NCBI RefSeq assembly: GCF_008831285.2
Contig: NC_045138.2
Location: 2,604,001 to 2,668,000, forward strand
Direction of reading: 5' to 3'
Source of the DNA: Nymphaea colorata
Lineage: Eukaryota
DNA: 64,000 nucleotides
Shown piece by piece: positions 1-12,556 of the stretch. The position numbers and the translations under genes were made by a program. Each line of letters opens with the position of its first letter. The first letter of the stretch is position 1. Below the pieces are notes generated by a model. The model ran no database searches, had not been told where the DNA came from, and saw only the letters and a list, made by a program, of their open reading frames with translations.

Positions 1-208
1 TACAAACTTTTCTTCTTTTTAGGAAAAAAAACATGAAAGCGCATTACTTTGAAGTTGAGCCAGTCAACTGCAATTTTTTAAGAAAAAAAAAAAGAGTCGA
101 AGCCGTGGAATCTTGGCGTGTGATGACAAAAAGTCTCGTTCCAATTCAGGCAGCATTTCAATGTTTCCAAACTTGAGGCAATCACGACCCACATGGTGGG
201 CTTATAAG

Positions 209-650
209 TAGGGCTGCACACGAGCCGAGTCGAGCTCGAGCTTGCCCAGCTCGAGCTCGACTCGACTCAACGAGCTCGAGCTCGAACTCGACTCGAACTC
301 GAGTCGAGCTACCTAACACAAGCTCGAGCTCGACTCGATTAAATAAAGTCGAGCTCGAGCTCGACTCGATTAACTCGATTAGCTCGTCTAAATAAAATAT
401 GATCATTCTTTTTAAAATATCTAGTAAATTTCATGACGTGGGATGAAATTTGTTTATTCGTCGAGTATAAACGAGTCGAGTCGAGTATAAACGAGTCGAG
501 TTCTTAAAACTCGAACTCGACTCGTTTACTCATTCGAGTTTCATTGTAAGCTCGAACTCGACTCGTTTATAAACGAGTCGAGCTCGAGCCGAGTTTAACC
601 GGGCGAGTTCGAGTCGAGCCCGAGCTGGCTCGACTCGTTGTGCAGCCCTA
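209..650. mobile_element. hAT-type MITE (CTCGAG-rich family), intact
   Basis: Perfect 12-bp TIRs TAGGGCTGCACA (209-220) / TGTGCAGCCCTA (639-650). Identical 8-bp flanks CTTATAAG at 201-208 and 651-658. Interior is made of CTCGAG/GACTCGA subrepeats. Confidence 0.92.
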
Positions 651-675
651 CTTATAAGGATAGGGGTATTAGGAG

Positions 676-997
676 ATAAGCCTAGGAGGTACTCGACTGG
701 AGCCTGTTCGGGCCTAGGAAAACCAACCCGAGCTATATCGGGCCAGCTCGGGTCGGTCGGATGGGGTTCGATTTTAGTTTTTTTTAATCATTTTTATTTA
801 ATAATAATACATATTTTATTATTAAAAAGTATTTTTATGTTTGAAAATGTTATTTTATATTTGAAAAACATTTTTTATTTTAATCAGGCCAGGCCGGAGT
901 GGGTCCGAGCCCGGGTATCGAGCCTGAACTCAAATTTCGAGCGTCGAGCCGACCTGGGCCTGACTCTTATCAGGTCGGGCCGATGCCCAAGTCTATT
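676..997. mobile_element. Degenerate MITE-like element (GGCCCG/TCGGGC subrepeats with an AT-rich core)
   Basis: GC-rich ends of CGGGCC/CCGAG motifs flank an AT-rich centre. Ends and TSD are not clearly resolved. Confidence 0.5.
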
Positions 998-3831
998 AGG
1001 AGTCTCTGTCCAAAAGATAATGCCAACTTGAAACCATATTTTAATTAGTTACATCTTTGGTCCGTAGCTGATCGGACTGATGAGTAGGTGAAAACCCGAC
1101 CATATTCTAATTAGTCAAGATATAGCATAGTTGATCAGGTTAGTGGGCCTGTGAAAACTTATTGTCATGAGTGCTACTTATTTAAACTACAAACAATGAG
1201 CTGCCCTCCATTTTCATGTTACAAAGTAACCCTAAACACCAAAGTTATGAAGGAAAAAAAAAAAACCGTTTCCACTTCTCAAGAAATCACTGAAATTTGG
1301 ATGATCTACCAAGCAGACGCATTAAACGACCCTCTATAATGGGCGGAGTGAGCACACATTCATTAACAATCATAATTTAATTAGAATCGAATATCGAATA
1401 CATAGTCTATGGTTATTTTCTAATGATAACCTCAAGAAACATCATATTGTGAAATCGAATTTGGTGAAAACATAGTGTTTTTGTCAGTTTTCCAAATCTG
1501 ATTTGCCTGTTCGAGTGACAAGACCAAAACAATGTTTTCTTGTAAAAAATTCTCCCCAAAAGACAAAAGGACGCAAGAGTTATTTACACCCTTTCAAAAA
1601 CATTATTTTGTCAACACTCAACTTTTCACAAGCTCAGCCTCGACGTCGCCCAAAACACACCTTAAAAACAACTTTTTGCCTCCAAAACGGAGTAAATTAA
1701 ATTGTTGAACCACACCTAGAAGTAGTGTTGGGAAACACAAATTGACCCAAGGTTGAAGAGAAACTGAATCTTCACCTTTGAATTTGTAATGTTTAGGTTG
1801 CAAATTCACCTCTAGCGCGTGCTCATGACGCTAAAAACAAGGCATTATAAATAATTTGTCCAAGATAACTTGTCAATGACAGGACTGAGCATATTCCCCT
1901 TTTTCTGTACAGTGGGGCCAAAAATGAATATACCACTTTGGTTTGTTGAAACAAAAAAGTGAAACGGTATATTTTTCAAAGAGTATCATGGATATTCTGG
2001 GCACACAAATAACAACCCTTAACAAAGTGAAGGGAATCTAGGTATCGAGATCACACACACAATCAGTCAGAAGTTATTCTGCCAAATGTATTGAAGGTCC
2101 TTTTACAACTACCATTGTTTGCAACCCTATTACTAATATCTATCTGAAACCATTTTCAACATCTCAACTTCTCTGGGAAGAGGCCAAAAGCAGAGATGAA
2201 CATCTGGTAGATTATCAATAAGAAAGAACTTGTTAAATTTTTGAGAATGTCCTTATACAGACAAAAGAGACCAGAAAATACCAGCTCTCGGGCTGCGCTT
2301 CGACAGGAAGGCCCAATACAGACTACCTGTACATCAGATAAGCCTATGAAGATTTTATGCACAGAATAAGGTGCCTTAAATAACAATGGAAGCTTCAAAG
2401 GTTCAAGAAGCAAGAAGCAGCTCTTCTGTTTATCCAGAGTTCGAAACAGATAAACCTCCAAGAAGTTCAAATCGACAACCCCAACAAGGTGCAGTTAACA
2501 ACGGCCCCGATTCAGCAGCATACCTAAACAAGCTAAATTTTAAGAATAAACAGCAAAGAAGCACGACCGTTGAACCCTTTCTCACCTGACTGAGAATTTG
2601 AGGTGAGCAGACATTAAAACAGGAGCTCTTTTTCTCTTACGTAAATCATATTTATTCTGACAAGATGAATCTAGTTGATCTATTCTTCCTGCAATGCTAA
2701 GGAATGGAAAACTGGAGGGTGTTTAATAGCTTCAGATTAAGGATAGGGATTAAGACATAAAGTATGACGATCGCTTACAAGCTGGCTTCTAGATAATCCA
2801 TTCCATTCAAGAACAGGGCAACCTAATGCAGGTTTACAATTTGCAATGACAGTACTTCATAAATCAACTAGACAAGCCAGAAGATGCATCCAACAAACAT
2901 GATTTCACCTCGAGACACAGAGAGTGAGTGCTAAGCAGTTCTCCCAGTTGTCCACCGTTGTGGCATTTCCCAGTAGACAGGAAGAAAGGGAAAAAAAAAT
3001 GGTTCGCTTGCATAAAAATGAATAATGCCATTAAGTATGAAAGACTAAATACTAAACTAGTTCCCACCAGCTAGGGTTGTTGCAGAAACGAGGAAACTCC
3101 CAACCAACAAGTGTAAAACATACCAATACGTCAAAAATGCCCAAGTCCTTTTGGGTAAAATAATGCAAGTACTTTGGTCGTAATATCTTTTTGAGAAGAA
3201 AGAGAAAAACAAATTTGTCAACGGACGAGCTATATGGCCGTTGCGAAGACGAAGTTTTAAGCGTTCAAAGTTTCCACTTCAGAAGCAGTCGAACCAACCC
3301 AGTAAACACATGGTAAGACGTTTAGGTAAAGCATCGAGATTCTGGTAAATCGTATGAAGAATTAGAAAATGAAAGAGTTGAACAAGGAAAAGGTTTCATC
3401 AAGTCTTAGATAGGAATCTTGTCAAGATCGGTCCCCAAGAAAAACTTTGCTTATCTTTTATTGCAAAATCAGGAATCAAAAACCTTAATTGAGTGCAAAA
3501 TCAGGAATAAAAAACCCTTCAAGCTATGCCTATGATTGCTCAAGAAGACCAGCAACCAAGTGCAAAATTTCTCCAGAAACTAAAGTTCCTAAAATTTATT
3601 CAAAATAAGTAAAGGTTATATTTCATCATCCCTAGACAATGGAAAATCTAGTCCTCATACTCTAAATAAAAATGAAAGGAAAAAAAAAAGCAGAAAAACA
3701 AAATTGTGCAGAGCATTAGAAGAGATGCAATGACTCACCACCTCTCCCATTTATACAATGTCAACAAGCTAGCTTCTGGCGATGAGAGCAAGCACTGCCG
3801 AATTCCAATTGAAACCGAATTTTCACCATCA

Positions 3832-5589
3832 TCAATAATTTGCCGCTACTTTACGCAAACTATCACCACCATAGGAATTCAAGTCTTCCACCTGGCCGTC
3901 ATCCTCCTGCTTCTGCTGACCTTTATAGGGATCAACAGGATAATTCAAAGAGAAACAAGCGTAGCAGAACCCCGAGCTCTCCTCCCCAAGCAATTTCCTC
4001 AAATTCTCCAGCTTGAGATACGCAAGCGTGTCTGCTCCTATGAACTCCCTCACCTTCTCGACGCTCATCCTGTTAGAGATCAACTCCTCTGACTCCGGCG
4101 TGTCGACACCATAATAACAAGACCCGATGATGGGCGGGCTGGCGATCCTCATGTGCACCTCCTTCGCGCCCGCCTCCTTGAGAAGCCTAACGATCTTCGT
4201 AGATGTCGTCCCCCTAACGATGGAATCGTCGACGACCACCACCCTCTTCCCTTCGAGCACCGGCCGGACGGGGGCAAGCTTCAGCTTGACGCCAAAATCC
4301 CTAATCTTCTGTGACGGCTCGATGAACGTCCTCCCCACGTAGTGCGACCTGATCAAGCCTTGCTGGAACGGCACCCCTGCCTTCGCGGCGTATCCAAGAG
4401 CCGCCACTACCCCGGAATCAGGCACGGCGATGACGACGTCACACTCGACGGGATCCTCCATGGCGAGTGCCTGCCCGAAATGGTACCTGGAATTATAGAC
4501 TGAGCGCCCAAAGACAACGGAATTCGGCAGGGAGAAGTATATGAGCTCAAAGACGCAAGCTTTCCTCTCCATGTGGGGAAGGAGACAGAGGGAGGTGATA
4601 GAGAATTCGCTGCCATCGGCGTCGAGGTCGCGCTCGACGACGACGACCTCGCCTGGATTCACTTCGCGCTCGTATGTCGCTTCGATGAGGTCCAGAGCGC
4701 AAGTCTCAGAGGCGAAGACGACCGCTCCGTTGCTCCGGCGGCCCATGACGAGGGGCCGGAATCCGTGAGGATCCCGGACCGCCACGAGCTTGTCCTCTGT
4801 AAGGAAGACGAGCGAATAGGCGCCCTCCAGCTGTTCGCAGGCGTTGACGATACGGGCGACGAAAGGCCGCGCCTTCGAGATAGCGATCAGGTGGAGAATC
4901 ACCTCGGTATCGGACGAGGTATTGAAGATGGAGCCCCGCCGCTCGAGGGCGGAGCGGAGGGCAGGGTAGTTCACGAGGTTTCCGTTATGTGCGACGCCAA
5001 CGGAGCCGAAGTAGTAGCCGTAGACGAAGGGCTGCACGTTCTTCAGCTTCGACGAACCAGCCGTCGAGTACCGCACGTGGCCAATCGCCGAGTTGCCCAC
5101 AAGCTGCCGGAGGCTCTCGTCGTTGAAGACATCAGTGACGAGGCCGAGCCCCGTGATCGAGATAGGCGCGGCCCGCCGGCCGCCGGCGGTGGGGGATGAC
5201 GGCATGGAGACGATGCCCGCGCCCTCCTGGCCGCGGTGTTGCAACGAGTGGAGGGCGAGATAGCAAAGCCGCGCTGCCTCAGGGTCGCCGTAGATCCCCA
5301 CGATGCCACACTCGTCATGAGGGCGATCATCGCCGGCTTCCACCTGAGCTGCCCCGAAGTAACCGACTTCATCTCGGGAGTCAGGCGACCACGGTGTCAG
5401 GGATTTGCACGACAAGGCGCAGAAGGAGGAGGGTTTAGGGCTTTGGGAGGGGGAAACGCCGCACGGCCTTTGCAGGAGGGAGAACGACGACCGAAGAGGG
5501 CGGCAGGAGGGAGAAGAACACACCGGGGCTTTCTGAAAAGACTGCGGGCGGGGTATTAATGTTAGGGTTTCCAGCGAGAAATTTGCCAT
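3832..5589 (-). CDS. ASE: Amidophosphoribosyltransferase (glutamine PRPP amidotransferase, PurF/ASE), plastid-targeted, intronless
   Basis: 585-aa ORF. Ser/Pro-rich transit peptide, then DECGIVG (Ntn catalytic Cys), LQHRGQEGAG, GHVRYST, HNGNLVN, PRPP-binding VVVVDDSIVRGTT, and Fe-S Cys motifs CYYG and CYAC. Confidence 0.97.
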   Translation of the reverse strand: MANFSLETLTLIPRPQSFQKAPVCSSPSCRPLRSSFSLLQRPCGVSPSQSPKPSSFCALSCKSLTPWSPDSRDEVGYFGAAQVEAGDDRPHDECGIVGIYGDPEAARLCYLALHSLQHRGQEGAGIVSMPSSPTAGGRRAAPISITGLGLVTDVFNDESLRQLVGNSAIGHVRYSTAGSSKLKNVQPFVYGYYFGSVGVAHNGNLVNYPALRSALERRGSIFNTSSDTEVILHLIAISKARPFVARIVNACEQLEGAYSLVFLTEDKLVAVRDPHGFRPLVMGRRSNGAVVFASETCALDLIEATYEREVNPGEVVVVERDLDADGSEFSITSLCLLPHMERKACVFELIYFSLPNSVVFGRSVYNSRYHFGQALAMEDPVECDVVIAVPDSGVVAALGYAAKAGVPFQQGLIRSHYVGRTFIEPSQKIRDFGVKLKLAPVRPVLEGKRVVVVDDSIVRGTTSTKIVRLLKEAGAKEVHMRIASPPIIGSCYYGVDTPESEELISNRMSVEKVREFIGADTLAYLKLENLRKLLGEESSGFCYACFSLNYPVDPYKGQQKQEDDGQVEDLNSYGGDSLRKVAANY

Positions 5590-5919
5590 TGTTGCAGAGG
5601 AGACACAGGAAGGCGGCGACGGCGACGACGACGATGACGATGATGAATTTTTCCTCTTTTTCCCTCTTTTTTCAAGGTTTTCTTAAAAAACGGACGAAAC
5701 TTATATACTCATACAAGGAACCGTCCATCTCGAGATGGACGGACCCGCATTTCTCAACTTCATTCCAGTTACCTTTTCAAGAAAAGTACGATTCCCGATA
5801 TTTCTTTCCGCCGAAAGACGGTGACCGGTGTTTGTTTTCTAATAAAGACTAAACTGTCCCTCTTCTCCCGGGTCTGGATCCGAGTATGACTTCGCCCCGA
5901 TCGGATTTAGATATGACCC

Positions 5920-6320
5920 GGGTGAACACGAGCCCAAGTTAAGTCAGCTGACCTCTGGCTCAACTCGAGTTTCGAGAATAGGTCAACGGAAGCAGCTCAA
6001 CTAGACAGTTACGTATTAAGTTCGAGCTCGACTGGATATTCATCGTTACGCGTTGAGCTCGAATTCGATTCAATTAAAGCTAGATAGATTCGTTTGATTC
6101 AAAGAATTGTCATTGTTACGTGCCCATTTCGAGTGCGACAAACTCGTAAACTCATTTGAATATATCAACTTGATTAAAGCTCAACAAACTCGATTAAGGT
6201 TCGAGCTCGACTGGATAGGTACGTCTTGAACTCGAAGTCAACTCGATTATTTGAACGAGTCGACTCATAAACTCGAGTTCGACTCATTAAGCAAAGGACT
6301 CAACACGACACCCTTAGTAG
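5920..6320. mobile_element. Degenerate copy of the CTCGAG-rich MITE family
   Basis: Begins GGGTGAACACGAGC and carries many GAGCTCGA/AACTCGA motifs like 209-650 and 7756-8108. Ends are eroded. Confidence 0.6.
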
Positions 6321-7028
6321 CACTTGGGAGTGTGGAACTCTTCGGTTAAGCTAGTTTGATTTAGGTGATCCAAAACGGAGGCAAAGAAGATCCTAGTTGC
6401 TAAATTTTCCGGATGGTTTTAGGATCCAATTGGGTTGCTAAATTGTTCGGGTCAGAGATCCATGGTTTTAGGATCGGATCGGGTAGGACGGAAAGAGGAT
6501 GCGGGAGATTAGATTTGGAAGGTGTGGGGCCCTTAAGATATTGTGGGCGTTGGCGCCAGACGCTCCCAATCTTATCAGGGGGAAGGTTTGAGATTCCTCT
6601 CCACCCTTTCTAAGGCAACTTTCTCAATCAACTCACTCCAATCATGCAACTCTCATAGCAACAAAATAAATAAACAGTTGTTAGTCAATGTATGGTATAG
6701 TTTCTTTTTTTTTTTCTTTTTTTTTTTAGTTTTTTTCATCTTTTATTTTGAAATCATTAATAATCAAGATGATTTCTTGCAGTGCATGTTTGAATATATG
6801 GAACTCAATTTCTTACCTAATTTGTTTAATTTTGTGTAGCTTTTATTGTGAGCATTGAGAAGTTAACAACGTTTTTTTTTTAAAAATATATAGGAGATAC
6901 TTTAATGCCGGTACTAAAGATCCATAATAGCTCCAAAACTCCCTATATCACAGTTTTGCGTTTGTCTGGAACTTTCTATTGATTTTAGACTAAAGTGCTA
7001 ATAAAGTTTTATATATTCAAACGAACTA

Positions 7029-7068
<40 letters not shown>

Positions 7069-7755
7069 CGATTTAATTATACTAAATGCCTAATGCTGCC
7101 CAATGTCTAAAATTTTAAATATTTGTTTTTGGAAAATGGTCACTTAGCATGCATAGCTATAGTTTATGTGGTGCGCTGATAGTTTATAATATCATTAGTG
7201 ATTATTTATGGTCATTTTAAACTTTAATATATGTATATATATATATATATATGAGAGAGAAAGAGAGCAGAAGCTGCTGCATACTCTATGTATATTTGAT
7301 CATCTAAAGGAACCAGGATCAAGACATCATCTAACAAGGGCTGCTCTAGGTGGTAGGAAGAATTAGCCGTTGAGAAAAAGCACGATGGTCAATGTCATTG
7401 TTATGGGAGAATTCTAGCTCCTCTAAGAAACATGTGCATGATAATCAATTTACCATTTAATAATTTTGGTCAATCACATATTCCTTGCTATTCAAATACA
7501 TTCACGCTATAAGAAAGATTGCCTTCTATGACGTAGGTGGTGCTTGCATCACTGATTTGCCGCAGCATGCGTGCTTTTCGTGATGAAAAGTATGTTGCGT
7601 CACAAAAGCCTTGAACTAAATGACATGCCTGTTGTAGTGTCAGTTGGATCTGGTAAAATAAGGAAGTCCAAATTGGATTTGTCAATTTGGTTCAGATTGT
7701 CTGCAGGTTGAAATTGAATCCGGGTCTAAGATCTGATGAAGATTCTATCAGATTG

Positions 7756-8108
7756 TAGGGGTGAACAACAAGTCGAGCTACTCTAGTTCGACTCGTTAAA
7801 GCTCGGTTCGTGAACAAGTTCAACTCGAGTCATTTGCTTAACAAGTCGAGCTCGAGTTCATGAGTCGACTTGTTCAAATAATCGAGTTGATTTGAGTTCA
7901 ACACGTAACTACCGAGTCGAGCTCGGGCCTTATTCGAATTTGTCGAGCCTTAATCGAGTCGAGCTCGAGCTCAACACGTAACTGCTGAGTCGAGCTTGAG
8001 CTGATTTCGTCGAGCTATTCTCGAGTTGAGTCGAACTCGAGGTTGTATTAGTCAAGCCAAGTTTGAGCTAACTGAACTCGGGCTCGACTTGACTCGTGTT
8101 TACCTCTA
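7756..8108. mobile_element. hAT-type MITE (CTCGAG-rich family) nested in an ATCCG/GATC-rich repeat
   Basis: Termini TAGGGGTGAACA ... TGTTTACCTCTA. 8-bp flanks TCAGATTG (7748-7755) and TCTGATTG (8109-8116) differ by one base. Confidence 0.8.
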
Positions 8109-8832
8109 TCTGATTGCATACAAAATGTCAGATCTTATGTCAGTCGAATTTTCAAACTCCGGATCCAGCCCGAATCGGAACCGTTTATGTCCTACATTAA
8201 TTAGATTGATAAATTTATCTCTGATTGGATATGGTGACGACCCAACCAAGACCTTCACAAGATAGTATTTGCCAGTATATGAGTCCTGTCAAACCTGATA
8301 AGTTAATCAAATCCAAACACTATGTCAGAAGATCTTTAAAAGATTTAACTAACATGAATTTAAGCATGTTTCACAAATAATATATACTTATTTTTTTTTT
8401 ATATATATAGCGAGTCACAATATCTTTTATTATAATAAAGCACAATCGTCATTGACACTACATCACCACCACTTTGATAACATTTATTATTGATTAAGGT
8501 AAATAACAACTATCTTCCACAATTGTTTATAACCAAAACAAGTTCAAAGCACTGTTTGGTAAGAAGCTATCAACATGAAAATCTTAAGTGTGCATATTTA
8601 TCGATTATAATAACAATATATGACCAATCAACATTTAAAGATGAAAGATTATTTAGATATGCCTTTAACGAACATATTAGTTCGGCACATTATGCACATG
8701 AAGCACGAGCTTCTTTCCACATATACGTGAAAGAGAATATATATATATATATATATATCACAGAAAGATTATTGCTTATTGTCTGAAGTGAGAAGCAAAA
8801 ATATTTTGATAAAGACATGACAACCTGTGCAG

Positions 8833-8895
<63 letters not shown>

Positions 8896-10445
8896 GATTG
8901 CACCTTTGAGATCCATTGTGACATAGCAAATCTTAACCTATTTGTCATGGGTTTTTAACCATCTCATTATTGCGGTTGACCAATGACATATTTTAAGAAT
9001 GAAACAGTGGGACGAAAGGAAATCTGTCGAGGGCCAGGAGTTCCAAACAGGAACATGTCTAAGATCATGAACTTGGATTTGTTCGTGAAAACTGATATTG
9101 GCTTTGGAGTTCGCGAATTTAGTCATGCTTGGCTTGAAGTTTGAATCTTACGGAGGATATTGTTTCATAGGAAATATGTGGTGTTAATGCGAAATGATGA
9201 TCTTTCTTGGATTGTTAATTTCTCGCTCACCCGAAACTCCTTTGTCTTTTGGATTAGCACAAGCTCTAGTTTAGCAAGTGCACATGGAATGAATTTGATC
9301 CAAAAAATGCGCGTGATATGTGCTTTGGATTGATCTTTGCAAGCCAATAATTGACTTCATAATCAGATATATGTCATAAGCATACCATGGCTCTTTTATG
9401 AGGGTCCAGTGCTGTGTTGGCAGGGATTGATATTCATTTTGCTGGGTTAAATGTTTGATTCGGTCTTAAAATCCTCATTTTGCTTTGATAAAAATGTAGA
9501 TCTCAAATCTTGAAGATCTCGAATCAAAGTAGATCAGAGGGAACCAAAAGGGACATCAATAGTATTGTGACAAAATATCTGCACAAATCCATGTTATGAA
9601 ACAAGTAGCAGCCCATAGTTTTGTCTAATGTTTCTAAAATGTGAGCTGGTATGATAATTTAAGCATGACAGCTCCTAAAAATTTCCTTCAATTTTGACTT
9701 GAGGTGATGCCCTATGGTATCTTAATGCAATCAACAAATCTAGCATAGTTGGTAGGGCTAAGTAGCGTGTTGTCGATATGTTTCCAGTTTAATTCTTATG
9801 AGCGCTACTCTTCTGTACAGTGACATGTATGACGCTCAAGTTGAAGAGTGTATCATATGACCACACAGATCTCGAAGCATATTTGGATCCTAAGGGTGAG
9901 GAGAAGGGAGAGGGTCTTCGGCCTCTCGCTCAGGAGGTGAGATTCCCTCCTCTCACCCAAACAAGTCTTATTCGGGTCGGATTCAAATATATAGCATTCT
10001 GGATCTGGTATGAATTTTCCATGCTTTACGGGCTTCGGTTCTGGTTCCTTACATTAAAGCTTGGCAGTCCAGATCCAACAGCGTCTACAATCTTGAGGCA
10101 GGACAGTTCCATGGGCCAGGAAAGCAACAAATCAGAATGCACCATTGGCAGAATTCCGGGGTCGCTACCGGGTTTGCTCGAGTTCCGACCCAAATCCAAA
10201 TATGTTTTTTGAAGTACTGATAAGAATGGGATCCAAGATGGCATGCTTCTGGATGCATTTTCTGTATTTTGGGCTAGGAAGTGCTCCAGTTCATGCTCAA
10301 GAGAAACTATATCCAGATCCACTTTTCGAGACTAAATCCAATAGGTCAGACCCAAAACCCGATCCATTTATATCTTGATCTTCAAGCGCCAAATCGGGGT
10401 CAACCGAACCGACCACGCACCAAGACAAGACTCTCTTGCTCTGGT

Positions 10446-10586
10446 GGGACCCACACATCAAAAACGGGTGAAGGCACCATCAGCTGACGTGGACCATGAT
10501 ATTTCCAACGTGGCAAAAGTTATCCAATCACGTGCCGAATTACTCCGGTGGGTCCCGACACGTGTTGCTCTATGCCCTTTATATAA
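10446..10586 (+). promoter_or_regulatory. Core/proximal promoter of the DUF506 gene with ACGT-core (G-box/ABRE), TATCCA, TCP-like sites and TATA box
   Basis: GGGACCCAC ~10446, ACGTGG 10487, ACGTGGC 10508, TTATCCAAT ~10520, CACGTG 10529 and 10559, GTGGGTCCC ~10548, TATATAA 10580-10586. (CT)n tracts follow in the 5' UTR. Confidence 0.6.
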
Positions 10587-10680
10587 GCCTCCCCCCAAAG
10601 AGGATGATTTTCTATCTCTCTCTCTCTCTATGGTGACTCCATCTCTATCTGAAATGAGATAGGAAGAAGGAAGAATTAGC

Positions 10681-10713
<33 letters not shown>

Positions 10714-10778
10714 GCTAGATCTCATTTTCTTTGTGAGAAGGGGATAGGAAGAAGAAAGGATTAGGATTTAGGACAGTC

Positions 10779-11733
10779 ATGGCTTCTTCTTTCCTCACCT
10801 GTAAGGATGATGTGGAAGATAAGCTCTTGCAGTTGTATGGTGAAGAGTCCAGCAAACTAGACTTTGATGATGATGATGGTGGTGGTGGTGGTGGCGGCCG
10901 CGGTGGCGGCAGCGATGATGATGATGGGGAGGAGCAGGTCGTTGAGAACACTAAACAAGATGACCAATTCTGGGAATCACAAAAGGAATTGGTAGAGGTA
11001 ACCATGAAATTCTTCATTTTCTTGTTTGGAAAAACTTTGATTTCTTTTGGGATCAAGTGCATGGAACAGAAATTGAGAACTTGGAATGATGAAGCTTTCT
11101 TCTTCCATGTGTGTCTGAAATTATATGAGAGCTCTGGCTGCATAAAGGATAGCAGATTATGTTAAGAAAGTCACAAATGGATATTCAACTCCCATTCTCT
11201 CTTTAATTACGAAGGTTTTAAGCTCAATACTCTAACTACTGTGATGGAGCTTAGTTATACTTTATTAGCTAGAAAAGAAAACGTACTATATATACAAAGA
11301 AGCTGGTTTTCTTAGAGAGAGAGACAGAGAGAGTTGAAAGATCATCGATTAGATCATTAAGTTTAATGTGGAAGATAAAAAATTATTTTCTTTCCTGACT
11401 CGCTCTTGATCTTTTGCAGGAGTTTCTGTGTGTAAGGAGCTTGCACGAATTGTCTTTGAAGCGACATGTGAAGAATGCAGTTGATAGCGCCAAGAGGGGA
11501 TCGGGAAAATGGTGCTCCACCTCATGCACCAACGCTACCAACGGCGGTGGCGGCAGCGGCGGCGGCAGTGGCAGTGGCAGTGGGTGTGGGCATTGCCTGC
11601 GGGAGATTGTGACTAACCATCTTGGAAGGTGCGGATATCGTGCATCCATCTGCAGATCCGAATGGAAGGCCAACAAGAGCAAGAGCATTCTCAAAGGTAC
11701 CGGCTTCCCCACCGCCGCCAGCTCTCCACCCCC

Positions 11734-11772
<39 letters not shown>

Positions 11773-12556
11773 ATATATACGTTTTCAGACAAAATCCACA
11801 TATCTCTCTCTTTCTTGTATATAGATCAGTTTTTTCTTTTTAGTAGTTCGCTCACCGATCCACATATTATCTGTTCATATCTTAAACGAAACCTGTCCAG
11901 ACCATATTGTATCTTATTCAACAAAGTTATATATATTTTCTCTAGTTTAATAAGAATGTGGGAAACTATTATATTAGATGGCATGGATCTTTACCTATTA
12001 ACTCTCATTTTCGTTCAAAATGCCAAGATAATTCATACCAACAAAGGCGAAGATCTCCATTTTCATTCTCTGTTTAGTGAAGAACCAAGCATTGATTCTT
12101 CTCATGCTAATGAATGTTTCAGGATCCCATGAATACATAGAAGTGATAATCGAAGCAGCAGCTTGCAGAAAGGAAATCAGCTACATAATTGAAGTAGATT
12201 TTCGGTCAGAGTTTGAGCTCGCGAAATCCAGCAGTGGGTACCAGCAGATAGTGAACCAACTGCCCGAGGTATATGTTGGCAAGCCAGACCGCCTGCGAAT
12301 GGTTCTCCGAGCCGTTTGCAAAGCCATGAAGAGGTCACTGGCGGAGAAGAAGATGCATATTGGGCCTTGGAGAAAGTTTGGTTTCATGCAAATGAAATGG
12401 CTGGGGCCTAGTGTGAGGCAGGTGCCTGGTGCTTCACATATGGACAGAATGAAACCAACTGGGGTGCAAATGTTAAATAGCCAAGACTATGGCTCTCAAG
12501 AGCCTCTGTCTAGAATGGTTTTCTTCACAACCCCATTGGTTAAAGCAATGGGCTGA
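10779..12556 (+). CDS. Plant DUF506 family protein (3 exons: 10779-10997, 11420-11696, 12123-12556)
   Basis: GT-AG junctions join in frame. Motifs FWESQKEL, CGHCLREIV..LGRCGYRASICRSEW, GSHEYIEV, IIEVDFRSEFELAK, LPEVYVG and MHIGPWRKFGFMQMKW are characteristic of DUF506. Confidence 0.9.

Noticed and set aside
182..406. ORFs rich in ELE/SSS/RAR here and at 8026-8265 and 58268-58736
   Set aside because: They are translations of CTCGAG-repeat MITEs, not genes.
3706..5852. Several overlapping plus-strand and alternative-frame ORFs up to 208 aa
   Set aside because: Shadow ORFs of the GC-rich ASE coding sequence with no recognisable motifs.
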